The translations under genes and the position numbers were made by a program. Positions 12,424 through 26,390 of a DNA stretch of 64,000 nucleotides are shown one piece after another. The stretch is from NCBI RefSeq assembly GCF_001194135.2, contig NC_068984.1, positions 33,276,997-33,340,996 of the forward strand, read 5' to 3'. The stretch comes from Octopus bimaculoides. Its lineage: Eukaryota. Each line of letters starts with the position of its first letter. Position 1 is the stretch's first letter. The notes under the pieces were generated by a model that worked only from the letters and a program-made list of their open reading frames with translations, did no database searches and had not been told where the DNA came from.

Positions 12424-14268
12424 TAGATTGATAGGTAGATAGATAGCTATAGACATACACACACATGTATATGTATATCTATATATCAATATATACATAA
12501 ATATAAATGAGGCAATGCATTATAAATAAACAACGACAGATAAAATCGTATACGTATATTGAGTGTACAACCGGACGGAGGACAGACGCAGAATGTCCCT
12601 AATTCTTCATCAGTTATCGACCATATGGTAATACTCAGTTTTGCATCCTACATATGTTTGTGTGTGTGCGTATGTGTGTGAGTGTGTGATATACAGCCGT
12701 AATACTTTCTTTCTGTATCTATCTACATAACTTTTAACTCGTTTTGTACTCTGCCCCACCCAGTTGATATCACTGCTTTATTAAATAGCGCAAACAACAG
12801 CAACAACAACATATACGAACCTCTCCGAATCACAACCTACAGGTCTAGAGTATAAAAATGTCTTTAACAGCAGGCTGAATTGAATTAAATTAATTAAATA
12901 GTTTATGCGTAAACTTTATGTGTAAAATATAAAACAACTGCCATTAAATACTACATAACATTCGAAACGTGAAATATATCAAAGATAAAAAAAAAAAGAA
13001 AGCGAATATAGAAATCATATTCTAAAATTAAAATAATATGGTAAATAAAATGTATGACTTTTACATATTAATATTGTGCGTTCATATTCGTATGAGTGTG
13101 TGTTTTTGTATGTGTGTATGTGTGTTGTGTAAGCCTTTGTACGTTTGAGTTATCATATATACGCACATATATCAATACATACACATACATGAAAACAAAT
13201 TGTTTTTAAGATACATTTACTATATATGCATGTATAATACGTCAACGAAGAGCATCTTGCACATACCGACACATATGTACACACAGTCTCACACAATTGC
13301 ACAAACACATATAAACATATACACTCATATGTGTGTGCGTATATGTGTGTACATGCATACCAATATACATACATAGATGAAGCAAATAGAAAAAGTCAGA
13401 GATATAATGGAATTATCTATAAAAATGTGATAAAGAAACATTGGAAAGTTCAGCAGGTGGAAACGTAATATATATAATACATTGAATTTTATCTTTTTGC
13501 GACATATTATATACTGTATGAAAGCCGATTCATATTGATATATTACATTTAGTCTGGGCTCTCATCTTCATTTGATGCATCTGATGTCTGTAAACAGTTT
13601 GCTTTTGTATATCATGTGTCTGCCTCCCGAACATATGGCTTTCACGTTATCCTATTTATATAAGTATTTATATTATAACATTGATGATTGCAGCTATTGG
13701 TTTTGCTTCCTATGAACAGGTGTAAAATATCGAAATGTTAGATTGTCCTATGGGTTTGTGTCATCTTAAATACTATGTATATGTATATGAAAGATTTGTC
13801 TCTGAATTTTAAATTTCATAAATGGTTTGGATGTTGCAACAAAATACACGCTTACATGTTAAATATATTCCAAATTAATATGCTTTACAATATTGTAAAG
13901 AACTCATTAAAGATATAAGGTACAGAGTCAATATTATCTACTGTAACAATATCTGCTATGTTGTAACTTGCTATAAAAAACTGATAATGGTTCCATTAGG
14001 GAAACTATTTACGTTAATGCAACCTAAACGCATAAATATAAAAGAGAACTAAAATAGTCCTCCTTTCTCTTGAGCTTTATTGTCACACTTTTTCTTTACT
14101 CTTTCCCCTCCTCACCCTCTATTTCTCTCTCATTCTGTCTTTCTCTCCCTCCCTCCCTCNNNNNNNNNNNNNNNNNNNNNNNNNNNNNNNNNNNNNNNNN
14201 NNNNNNNNNNNNNNNNNNNNNNNNNNNNNNNNNNNNNNNNNNNNNNNNNNNNNNNNNNNNNNNNNNNN

Positions 14269-14299
<31 letters not shown>

Positions 14300-14481
14300 A
14301 AATACGTATCTTTTATTAATGCTTTTATGATATAAGTTGTCTTAATAAATAAGAATTACACTTAAACACACATACACACACACATGCATACGCACTCACA
14401 CGCGCACGCACATATATATCTACATGTGTGTGTGTTTGCGTGTATGTGTGTGCGTGTGTGTATGTGTGTGTGTGTCTTTGC

Positions 14482-14514
<33 letters not shown>

Positions 14515-16799
14515 AACATGATAACCGTCAGGATAATATATCCCTTTAAACTCGTATCGGGATACACACGCACTTACAAACACACACACATATATACATA
14601 TACTACACAAATTTTAAAGAACCTGAAGAGGACGTAAAAAACCAAGCACGGTGCAGTTTATATTCACGAAAATTAGAAAAGGCTTTTATGTTTCGAGCAT
14701 TCGTTCTTCTACAGAAAGTATAGTCGAAGAAATGAAAAAAAAAAAAAAACGGACTGAGAAAATAAGAAACCTGTCTCAGTTACTCGGGGCGTAACTGGTA
14801 AGAGAAACAACTTTGATTTCAAATAGAGGCGTCAGATAACATCCGCGGTGAGCTAATGCTTGAGATGAAACTTATGATATTGTCTCGTACATGTAACATA
14901 TACATATATGTGCAGATATATTACAACCATATATATATATATACCTTTCTCTCTCTATCTCTGTCTCTGCCTCTCTCTGTTCTAGCCTCAACACGGCTGA
15001 ATCTCTAATAAGACGAAATCGATGACCCATAAAGATTATAATACCTACTTACCGAAGAGATATCTTCACATGGAACATATACGCAAGCGCATTCATGTAC
15101 ATATATAGACACACTAAGTTAGTAACATATTTACAAAGCTCCGTAACTGTCTTAATACAAAACATTATGTACCTTTGTTACCCACTGTCTTTTATTTTAT
15201 GAAAAAAGATATTAAATCTCAAAGAAAACATACATACACGACAGCTTACATTTCAGGACTGATGAAGGAGATTCTACCTTTGTCAACTGGTTTGGTTGTA
15301 GTTGTATCTAGATGCGTATTTTGCTGAGTTTGTTGCCTGATTGTGACTGTTGATGTTTGCATAAGTTTTTGCTAGTGCACAATAATGAATTGTACATCCC
15401 TTCGGAACTGTTATGCTCTTCTATAAGTGATACTGAAAATCATTGTTTTGTAGAAAGCCAAAAAACCGTAACAAATGAAACCTCGAATTGTATGAACATT
15501 TCGAAATTTATTTCAACTTAGAAACAATAAATGCAAACATGCCAATTGTAATGACATGAATTGAGAAGTAATACTGTTGTACAAAGGAACTCTTCAAATG
15601 CATTAAAAAGGAATAATCAATGAGAAAATAATTTCGTGGCTATTATAAAAAGTGATATAAATGTCTTGTATTATCGTTAGAATTGTAATTTATCATGTTT
15701 GATTTAAAATTTTATTTTAACAAACCATAAACAATATTTTAAAATTGATACCATGATTAATTGTCTTTTATATTGATTTGTTTTATTTCCAACAGAAATA
15801 GTTATATTTAAAATTGAAGTGGAGAATATTTTAACCAGTTTTCGATAATTGATTTTTCTCGACAAAATCTCAAGAATATTAAAATATTTTTTCCCATAAA
15901 TTGGAAACGAATTTACTAGAAATATAATATTACTTCCACAAAACCGAAAACAATGGAAATTATATTTGAAGGTGAGTTATATTATTCTTCATTGATGAGT
16001 TAAATATTGACATTGTAATAGAAAAGGAGCTTAAACTTAAAAATAAAAGGTAAGCTTCACTTGGATGCAGAGTATTGTACATCAACATCCTTCTGAAGAG
16101 TGTGACCATGATGTAACATATAGAAGCATTCGCAAATTTTCTGAATTACTGTTTAACACAAATTAATCATACGTTTGTTTCTTTGTTTTATCATTTCAGT
16201 ACTTGATATTACAAGTTCTTTTTTGTTTTGGGTTTGTTTTTTGTGTAAGAGTGATCGTATCGAACGTTGATGCATTGAAATAAATGAATTTGGGCAATAA
16301 CTAAATGAGACTCATAGAATTGGTTTAGAAGCATTTCATTAACACGTAATTAGCATTATATTACAGTGCGATATGTGTGTGGTGTATAGCTTATTACTTG
16401 TGTAGCCACTGTATCAAACAACTGTAACAAATTGATTAGGCTACATGAAACCTTGCTTTGTTTTGCTTTGGTTTTTATCGAACTAAAAGATAACATCACA
16501 CAAGTAGATATGTGTTTACGGTTGGTGTTATAATTTCTTCATGAAATATGAACATAATATGATGTTTAATATTTCTTTCTGCATATTTGATTTGCTATTA
16601 TGTTGATGTGAAATCATGGGTTGAAATAAATGTTGTATCTTGAGAGTGTTATAATGCTAATAAAACTCACACGCACGGGTTCTTTTCAATTTCTGTTATT
16701 ATCATTAACCAAATAACTATACATTTACCCAGAAAAATAATTGATAATTTCATTAATTGTATGTTCAAATAATTACTTAATTAAGGTTTATTAAAGTCT

Positions 16800-17629
16800 A
16801 TTCGTTGCCTTTTGGTACATTACAAATGACATGCCCTCGTTATTCCAGGTCTGTCTGTTTAAGCTTAATGATATAAATATACGGGGATCGAATTGCAACG
16901 TAGTGTATCTTTGATTTCCAGTGCTTGTCGTCGATATTTGCGATGGCTGAAACGAAGGCACACCGTGCTTCCGTGATATTTTATTTTCTGCTGGGGAACT
17001 GTCATCGTGCTTGAAACTGCTTGCAAGGGCGCTGCTATGAGCAAAACATAAGTTTAGGAGTGGTTTTCATGCTTTGGAAAAGTCCCTTATTGCTTGAAGA
17101 GGAGCCTCGTTCCGGGTGACCACCAACCTCACGAGTTAATAAAAACATCACGAAAATTCATGAACGGATCTTGGAGGATCGTCGCTGAAAAATTGCTGAA
17201 CTTGTCGATATGACTGGTTTGCCCTGGAGCATGTGACAACAAAGTTTTAGCGAGGAATTGCGAATGAAAAGAGTTGCAGCAAAAATCGTGCCTCACTTGC
17301 ACTAAAGCAGTCACGATTGAATGTCTGTCGCGAACTGAAAGAAGAGTTAGAAGTAGATCCGGACCTTTTTTCAAAGGTCAGCACTGGTGACGGAAGCTGG
17401 AGCTATGGAACTTTCAGATTTGGAGCAGGTGAAGAAAAAAATGATACAAACTCTAAAACCTATCACTGTGCAAGAGTTCCAGCACTGCTTCGTATAGTGG
17501 AAAACGCCTCTCAACCGACGCATTGCTTCAAATGGAGATTATTCTTCAGGCACTAAAAGTGTAAACCTGTAAAACTAAGAGAATAAAATAATATTGCAAA
17601 ATACCAGTTTCTTTTGGGTACCACCTCTA
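16800..17629 (+). mobile_element. Mariner-like DNA transposon, internally deleted pseudogene
   Basis: ATG at 16943, then EEPRSG, KRVAAKIVPHL and VSTGDGSWSYG, jumping to FQHCFV*WK...IASNGDY. Stops and frameshifts are present. The right end cttttgggtaccacctcTA is TIR-like. Confidence 0.9.
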
Positions 17630-17630
17630 T

Positions 17631-17674
<44 letters not shown>

Positions 17675-19370
17675 AAAACAGAAATCAGGGAAACTAGTGC
17701 TGGTCTCTGGGTGTTAATATATGTGTCTGTAAGTACATGCATGTATTACTCTTTTTGATTGCACATATTTACGAAACTACTAACAATTTAAGTACTCCAT
17801 TCCCTACTCTACTCTGACCAATCAATTTCTATTTACTTATTATTCTCTTTTCAATCTCCGATTTTTTTCCTCGTAGCTTCCTTCTTTCCACACGTTCGAT
17901 TTCTCTCTAAGGAAATTGTTGTTCAGAATTGTCAGTAAACTATTCTGAGAATAGCATTTCCACTTTAATATCTTTTTGCCAAATATTTATTGATATAAGA
18001 TTTAGATTTTAGCATCCACTATATTTATATAAAATATCAAGCAGTATTTTTTAAGGGTCAAAGTTTGTGGAGAACAATTACACTTAATAAATATCTAACT
18101 CTATAAAATATTTGAAGAAAGACATGGTTCTTTTGCTTACATAATATGATTATAGATAATTGTATGTTAATAATCAGTTTTCTACAGGATTTCATATAAA
18201 ACAAAACGTATACATTTTTAAGTTATTGAAAACAACTAAATTAATTATGTCTGCGACCAAAACGTTTTTTGATGGGAGGTTGATGAATTGTTAGCTGCCG
18301 AATTAAAAAATTACAAAGAAATTATCCTATCACGTACTGTTACTTCACAGCCTCTATTATTGTATTTTAACATTTTACCCAATTGTCGTTTATTTTTACT
18401 ATTAATTGCCTTATTTAAACAGACTATATTAGTGTAACTAATATGTGTAATTTTGAAAAATAAGTATCGAGCAATGTTCAGACTACTTCAGCTACAGAAA
18501 GCGGTGTCTGCATCACTGTAGCTTTAGTCGCTCATTAACAGGAAGAGAAAGATGCACTTTACAAGATCACGTTGCTTACGCTAAAACGTATCTTATTTCT
18601 TCTTCAGTTATTTTCTCATGTCTTTCAGCAACGTTTGCCAACAACATTGATTGTTTTATTGCGCTATATGTTACATTTAAGTGCTTCTTTAGATATATAT
18701 TCTTTTGGACTTTTATATATTTCAGACATATAATAAGCATTCAGAATTTAAATTGCACGAAAATCGCATATTTAAAGATAAATACGACTTGGTATTTGTA
18801 ATATGCCTGCAATCTTCGCAATGAAAAATTGAAGTGGTATTTAACTGCATGCTCATCTGTCGCCAGAAAAAGCTAGCAACATAATTTGTTTTTGCATATT
18901 TTACCGCCGATTCGGAGATTGTTTTTACTATGCAGAGACTACTTGATTGTTATTACAGAACACACAAACCTGAATTGAAATGACCTGGATTGAATAACAT
19001 GGCAAACCCTACACAATATAGAGCAGATTTAATTAAGTCGAACGTGTAAAAGTTTTCAGTCTTGTATAATTAAGAGTAGACTTCTGTACGAGACTGCTGT
19101 TTACTATATTTATTGTTATAGGTTGTTATTCTCACAATGGTCACGAAAGCAAGCACCATATTTGTCAAAACAACCCCTATACTTTAGTTTGAGAAGATTC
19201 GGTAATAATATCGATTTCTTTGCACGGAAATATAACGGATCAGCGAATACCATGATTGAAATATATTCATACCAATTTAATTAACACGATTTCCGTTAGA
19301 AATGAGTCAACGTACATTTACTCTCGTCTTATTTACATTTTCATCCGTAGAAAGGAGTTAACACAAATGT

Positions 19371-19403
<33 letters not shown>

Positions 19404-19796
19404 TCAATAAAAGACAGAAGATGGAATATACGAGAATACATTATTAATCATAACAATTGTTTTGACACATCTAATATCGTTCCCTCACGGGTGGGACACT
19501 TAACAACTGATTCAGAAGCATCCGGCGGCGCCGATCTGAGTCATCGGGTGATAAATAGACAAAACTCGAAACGCGGAGTAGATAAAACTGGAGACAACGG
19601 ATGAAGGAAATGTTCTTTATGTTGCATGTCTCGTTTCTCTGTTTGCTTTTTCCTTGTTTTTGTTTTTTATGCTCTCGTTTCTCATTCTGACCACGTATTT
19701 TTTTTATGTCCGTACCCATATATGCATGTATATATACATATATATGTAGGTACGTACATATATGTATGTATATATGCATGAATTTATATATTATCT

Positions 19797-19952
<156 letters not shown>

Positions 19953-20395
19953 TGTGTGATTGAGAGAGAGGGGAGAGAGATATATACGTGTATATATAGA
20001 AACATGTATGTTTGTATAGTGTATGCGTGTGTTTGTGCATGTATTAGTAAAATTAAAGGTAACTTTGTTGATGTTTATAGAAAAATATCTACATATTTGT
20101 AAGTATTAATATTAATTTAGTTCATATATTATAATACGTAGAGGACAAAACATTTCAGTGTAACATGTATGTTACTAGAAATGTATATGAATGCTTCATA
20201 TATTGTGTGTGCAATTAAATGTAAGATTACTACTATATCAGTTAGAGCTCCACATAGGTTATCCTTATCCTGTCAGTTTCTATTATAGTGGTTAGACGCC
20301 CACTTTACTTAGTTATGTTACTATTTATGATATACAGAGCAAATGTAGGTGAGAATTAAGACACACACAAGTTTAAATCATAAGTTCCAACTTTT

Positions 20396-20503
20396 GTTTC
20401 AGCATAATGGTTATTTGGAACTCAGCATTGGAGGTTCGAGAAGTATTCGCATGCCTAACCACAACATCCAATGCTGAGTTCCAAATAACCATTATGCTGA
20501 AAC
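20396..20503. repeat. Perfect 37-bp inverted repeat with 34-nt loop
   Basis: GTTTCAGCATAATGGTTATTTGGAACTCAGCATTGGA (20396-20432) is the exact reverse complement of 20467-20503. Confidence 0.97.
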
Positions 20504-21001
20504 GTACGTAAGAGCTACTCATTCATTGTTGTACTTATATTATTTTCCTCTTATCAATGTTTCATAGATTTACAGAAATACCTCCTGAAGAAAAAAGTCA
20601 TATAATCTCTTTCGTTTCAGCAAATGTATTTCATTATATTCTCCAGAAACATTTGTATCAGTTTCATTAGATAGATCCAAATAATTTAGCGAATAAAACA
20701 GTTGTTGCTTGGTTACTGTTTAATTTATTGTATGATGCATTATCTTTACACTTGTAATTTGCATTATTTTGACACCATAGAAGCACGGTTGCCCGTAATA
20801 ATAACAACAGAAATGCAGCAATAATACTATTATATTTATTTCAAAATATGCACAGCAAACCACGGCTACAAAGCAAAAATACTTTAACATGCACCTGCGT
20901 TTTTGCAGAGATCATAAAATCCGGAATAGAAAGTTTTGCATTGAAGTGATTCTCAGTGGGGCAATTACTATGAGCTAGCATCTAATGTCTAGATATAATA
21001 T

Positions 21002-21175
21002 TGGCTTCAAAGTTTGGTACAAGACCTGCTATTTCAAGAAAAACGGTATCTAGATTACATCGACCCCAGCGCTCACCTGGTACATCTTTATCAACCCTGA
21101 ACTCAGAACCTAAAGACGGATGAAATGCCACTAAGCATTTACCCGGCGTGCTAGCGAAACTGCAAGCTCGCCGCC
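21002..21175 (-). mobile_element. tRNA-derived SINE, family C (internally deleted)
   Basis: Minus strand begins GGCGGCGAGCTTGCAG... and shares blocks (gaaatgccactaagcattt, gattacatcgaccccag) with the other family C copies. Confidence 0.85.
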
Positions 21176-23159
21176 ATAATGTCTAAAGTTAATATGCTAG
21201 GTAAACACTAATAAACGTCAATGACCTTCCAATATGCTACAATGTTGATCTCTATAAAGGAATTATTTGGTATAACAATTTGCGCTAACTCTCCAGTTAT
21301 TTTAAGCAGTTGGCTATGTACATGATCATCTGTAATTACGTTATATTCCAGCAAGATGGTTCACCTGCCATTATGCAAAATGCATCAAATGAAGCGTAAA
21401 CCATTATGATATTACACTATTAATTAAATAGATGGATCCAAATACTAACATGAACACTTTAGAATAGGCAAAGAGACATAACAAAGAAAATTACGTGTTA
21501 TAACGCTTCATTAATTTCGGTTTTAAAAGAGAAAATACTGCTGGTTTCATTACAGGAGATAACTCAGGAATACGGCAAGCATTTTCAAAGCGTATCTGAC
21601 TGCATGACTGGTCTTTTGCAGCCAAATGTCGAGGACTGACATATCTCAAACTGAATTGTGTAAAACATCATTTCCATTAGTGTAGCCAGATTTTTTTTTA
21701 CCAGAGTTAAATGTATGTATATGCGTATATGTCTGCAAATGTGTACGTATATCTGTATATCTCACTCCCAGTGTTTCTCCTTCTCAATATATGTATATTT
21801 ATGAATGTAGATATATGTAACTATGTGTATTTGTATAAGCGTGTGAATAAAATATACAAGTCTTAATCTCTTTAAACCGATTTGTTACTTTATATTTCTC
21901 ATTGGAATGAGAAGCTTGTCGTATTTCTTGTAATAACTTCGCCTAAACAACAACACCCGCTTTGATAGTATTGCATCCGCTAAATTCAATAGTCAGCTGC
22001 ATTTTTAATTAATTCAACATTTTAAAATGTTGATCCATATGTAAGATGAAAAATTACAAAATAAATTCTCATTTATAGAATTAATAACTGTAATTATACA
22101 AATTTCTCGTGGCTATTTCAGCAAAATGACTGCTATATATAAATTATTTTATCTTTTAACTGCTATATTTCTGCAATTTTGTTTACACAATACTTTTTGA
22201 TTATATTTCTTCCAACAATTTACCATTTTGCATTCAAAGAAAACATTCCTCGCCATTTCTGTCTCCATGCCTTATATTTTGCCTGTTATATCTGAATATC
22301 TCTTGAAAGAATAGATATAAATAACCTCGCCCCAGCAAATGGCGGCATACAACTATTAAATAAAAGATATATTTCTATTTAGCCTTGCGCAAACTGTTGC
22401 ACAGCAATCTCTTGGCAACAACTTCATAAGATATTTTAAAACCTATGTTGTTTCTTTATTTTTAAACAGAAAATCCCTCCTGATCAACCTTGCATATTAT
22501 AGGCGGACGACTCAATGAACATTCTGTAATTTATGCTCATATTTTCCATTAGCGTCATCTTAGCATGTACTTTATTTTACACAGGTTTTGCTGGCGAAAT
22601 TTAGTTTCTAAATCTTGCATGTCCTACACATTGATTAGAGACTCAAAACAAAGTTGTCGTCAGTATAAAGTGAAGCTGTTCATTATATTGAATTGCTAAT
22701 TACGATGCGCAGTTTGTTTTGAGAATTCGCTAATATTGATGTTAAGCTCCAAGTATGCATCAATTGTACAAATTTATAAGGAAGAGTGTTTAAGCCGTGT
22801 CTGCCCATTCATTCTTTATAGTTAGGAATGCATTGTGCAACATGTCTTTCTCTAATTAAGATGCTAACTCTGGTACATGGGTAAATTTGTTAACTATTAC
22901 ATTGAAGTTGTGCATCAATGTCGTTGTTGTCGGTCATTGAATACGCATTTAAGAACTATGCATTAAAGACCTATAAGCAAAATCCCCATGAAGTAAAACG
23001 GTGTTACAAAATTTCAGATGTACAAGGCGTATTGTAGACAGATATTGTATTATAAAAAAAAGCAACTGACGATATTCATAAGGATCTAAATACTAGTTCC
23101 ATTCTAAATAAACAACTACTATCATATGATCAAGGTCATCACAATCAGATATGTTCATT

Positions 23160-23320
23160 AAGAGACCAATGATACAAACGTTTACACCTCCATCCTCACT
23201 ATCAGGAGGACGACGTGGCTTCTTTGTTCACTCTATCAACTGAAAATTTCACCACACGAAATTGTCTCAGGAAAAAGCAAACATTGGATCACGTGCTACT
23301 GGGTTGACTGAATGATCCAA
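23160..23320 (+). mobile_element. Possible decayed CCHC zinc-knuckle region of a non-LTR retrotransposon
   Basis: Frame reads LYQLKISTTRNCLRKKQTLDHVLLG*, which loosely resembles CxxC...T..HVL..C. Weak. Confidence 0.3.
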
Positions 23321-23639
23321 ACGGGGACGAATTCGGTAATAGTTATACACTCGATGAGAACTGTGATAATGAATTTATCAAAAAGAACATCATATATATT
23401 ACACTTTGCTGACAATGTATAATATTTTGCTGGTTATAATGGGAAGTGCCAGCTGTTCACAACCAGCAGAGTAAGGTGACACTTGTTTAATGGTCATGCT
23501 TCAAGAACCCACAGAAGAAATCTTGCATTTCCAAGCAGTGCAGATTTATGTAGCTGTTCTAATTTCACACATGTATAGGCTATTTTGAACTATGTTGGTG
23601 GTTGAGTGCTGATAATTCGAAGTTCGCCAATTACTACTC

Positions 23640-23741
23640 TCCTCATTGACTACAATCTTTATATTTGCCACTTCAAATCGTCATAGTCTTTTCTTTTTTT
23701 CTTTCCCTTCCTCTTTGATGCTATTCTCAACTGGACATGCT

Positions 23742-23745
<4 letters not shown>
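23640..23745 (-). mobile_element. REL-endonuclease fragment (R4/Dong-like), short
   Basis: IACPVENSIKEEGKEK..DYDDLKWQI*RL*SM; same subfamily as 24560-24930 (shared cacttcaaatcgtcatagt). Starts at a (GAT)n tract. Confidence 0.75.
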
Positions 23746-23773
<28 letters not shown>

Positions 23774-23789
23774 TATTATTATTTTCATT

Positions 23790-24545
23790 ATCATCTTTCA
23801 ATATTGTTTCCATTTCTTACCGACTGTCTTCCTGACACCTGTGGCAGAGAAACGCACTGTATACATTGGTAGGCCATTAAAATTAACACACTAGATTGTT
23901 CATTTGCGAAGTCATGTGATAGAGAAAAAGGGAAGAAAACAGGAAGAAAGATGAAAACTAATAAATACAAAAGTAAACAAAGAACATAAAGGGGGAAAAG
24001 GGAAAGGAATTTCACAGTGACAAGGCTCTTCTCAGTACGTGTGACGTACCGGATAAGACAATCTTTTGCTCTTCCTGCATGGATAGTAATCCAGGGATCA
24101 TTCTTCAATAATTTTCAGTTTCCTTTTTGATCATTCCAAATGCTCTTACAATCACTGGTATTGTAACCGTCTTGAGATGTCACATCATTTCGATTTCGAT
24201 TAACAGATCTTTATATTTTCTGAGCTTAGCACATTATTTTACCGAGATATTCTGGTCATAGAGAATGCTCATGTCAATCAATAAACAGACCTTATTGATT
24301 TTTGTCTTTCACGACAATATTTGGTTTATTTGCTTTCTTGGTCCGGACTGTATGTATTGGAAAGTCCCAAATAATCGTTACAATTTCTCCATCAGTTACA
24401 GGGGGTGCTTGTACCATTTGTCAGCAGTTTTGATTTTATAATTTCGATAAATCATCCAGTGTAGATATTGGCCATCTCTGTCATGTCTTGATTTGTACTC
24501 TACATATGCTAAAACCTTATATCCAGAGATTAGTTGGGCCACTGT
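23790..24545 (-). mobile_element. 3' end of an R4/Dong-like non-LTR retrotransposon (knuckle end, REL domain, 3' UTR)
   Basis: VAQLISGYKVLAYVEYKSRHD...IIWDFPIHT...ANKPNIVVKD...LIDMSI.YD...KLRKYKDL..EI...IPVIVRAFG...QKIVLSGTSHVLRRALSL* (ORF end ~24015). The UTR runs into an (AAT)/(GAT)n tract at 23745-23790. Confidence 0.9.
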
Positions 24546-24559
24546 TGTCTTTCTTTTTC

Positions 24560-24930
24560 TTTTTTTTTTCTACTGCATGCTTGGAGATGCAAGTAGTGCT
24601 GATTTTTTTAGGTGTTCTACCTTCACATTTGCACTAATTGTGTTGAGCCATGTTGGTAGTTGAGTGGGGATACTTCCAAGTGCACCAATTACTATTGGCA
24701 TCGCGTCTTCTCTCTTCATTGCCTACAAACTTTGTATTTCCCACTTCAAATCGTCATAGTTGCTTATTTTTTCTTCCTCTTCCCCTTCGATCCTATTGTC
24801 AAGGAGGCATGCTATATCGATAATCATTCACGTTCATTCTTTTTTATTCACCACAGCAATGCCCGGTTTCTTATGTCTGGTCAGTTGATCTCACTGGATC
24901 ATTATATCTCACAGGATTTTGCTGTTCATT
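24560..24930 (-). mobile_element. REL-endonuclease fragment (R4/Dong-like)
   Basis: KIL*DIMIQ*D..RHKKPGIAVVNKKE...IIDIACLLD...EEKISNYDDLKWEIQ...PIVIGALGSIP...HLKKSALL. The 5' end abuts a (CAA)n tract at 24940-24990. Confidence 0.9.
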
Positions 24931-25010
24931 ATCATTATTGCTGTTGTTGTTGTTGTTGTTGTTGTTGTTGCTGTTGTTGTTGTTGTTGTGGATCAGACCT
25001 ATTTCAAACA

Positions 25011-25175
25011 ACGAGCTGGCAGAATCGATAGGCATACCGGCCAAGTTGTTTTGCGGAATTTGGTTCATCTTCACCTTCTAAGTTCAAATTCAGCGAGGTC
25101 GACTTTGTCTTTCATCATTCCGGGGTCAACAAAATACGTACACGTTAGACACTTGGGCCGATGTAATCGACTTAA
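25011..25175 (+). mobile_element. tRNA-derived SINE, family C
   Basis: cgagctggcagaatcg (A box)...aagttcaaattc (B box)...gaggtcgactttgtctttcatcattccggggtc. Confidence 0.85.
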
Positions 25176-25842
25176 CTTTACACACCCAATTTCATATTTA
25201 ATAATCTTGTGTTAAACTCTGAAAGCGTTCTTATTTTTATTATATTTTCATCCAGCTTACATTGTTATATATTATCATAAGATGTCAAATGGAGATCACA
25301 TCGATTTCAAATCAATCCATCAACATGGAACGGATACCAACAACAATTTCTGTATAATCTTCAAAGTTTCATAGCTTTCATTAAACGTCCTTAAGAGGCA
25401 TTTTCAATTTTGAAGCATCGTCAGGCATTTTGAAGATAAACACTGAAACTTCGTTGATGAAGTGGTTTGATATTTGACAAGCTGTACAAGAGGTGTGACT
25501 TCAATTTGACTGTAACAAAAATACTAACATGAAGTGTTTCCTTATATTCAGAGTGTTGAAATATCTGCTATCTAAATGAATTTTGGGGGGTAAACTCGGA
25601 TTTTCATGCCACTACAATAACTATCAATTCTACTCTTAATATTCACTCTTTCTTTACATCATGCGATAAACTTTCTATATACTCCAGCAGATCTGTTTGC
25701 TCATAGTCGGATGCTCTTAGACCATCCGTACGAGTGGACTGATACATAAGTGCATATATGATTGTATACGTGTGGGTACATACATTATTCTCACTGCATA
25801 TACCTTAGTAATTATCAATTTAATGTTTATCAGTTGGTATAA

Positions 25843-26060
25843 GGCGGCGAGCTGACGTATTCGTTATCACATAGGGAAAAAGCTAAGCAGCATTTCTTGC
25901 GACTTTACGTTCTCAATTCAAATACCGATGTGGTGGACGTGCCTTGCATCATTTCGAGGGTCGTCAAAATGCAAACCGTTGTGCACTGGTGTCCATTTAA
26001 TCGACTTACATCTCCCACTCCCCGATATTGCTGGACGCGTGTGCCAAAAGTTGAAACCAA
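25843..26060 (+). mobile_element. tRNA-derived SINE, family C (diverged, full length)
   Basis: ggcggcgagctgacgtattcg...ttcaaatacc...gtgccaaaagttgaaacc. Confidence 0.8.
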
Positions 26061-26359
26061 TATTATTTATTGATATTACTGCCTGTCATATTTGTTATAT
26101 TTTATTTTCATAATTACTTTCCCTTTTATGTCCATTTGCTCTCGACTGTTACCTTTTCTTTGTATTTTCATTTTGTTCCTCATTAAGGACACGACCAGTT
26201 TTCATATAGGATGGAATATACGCCGTCTGGCATTTTCACCCAAGGACGCACCACTGAGGAACATGTTTATTATGAATTTACAGCCTATCAAGTAATTTCT
26301 ACGGTGATTGCATAATTAAATAAGTAACTAAGCGAAAAAATTATGTTTATGTCCGCGCA

Positions 26360-26390
<31 letters not shown>

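Noticed and set aside
12270-12495. ~75-bp diverged tandem duplication among microsatellites
   Set aside because: Real but ordinary slippage or unequal exchange in simple-repeat DNA.
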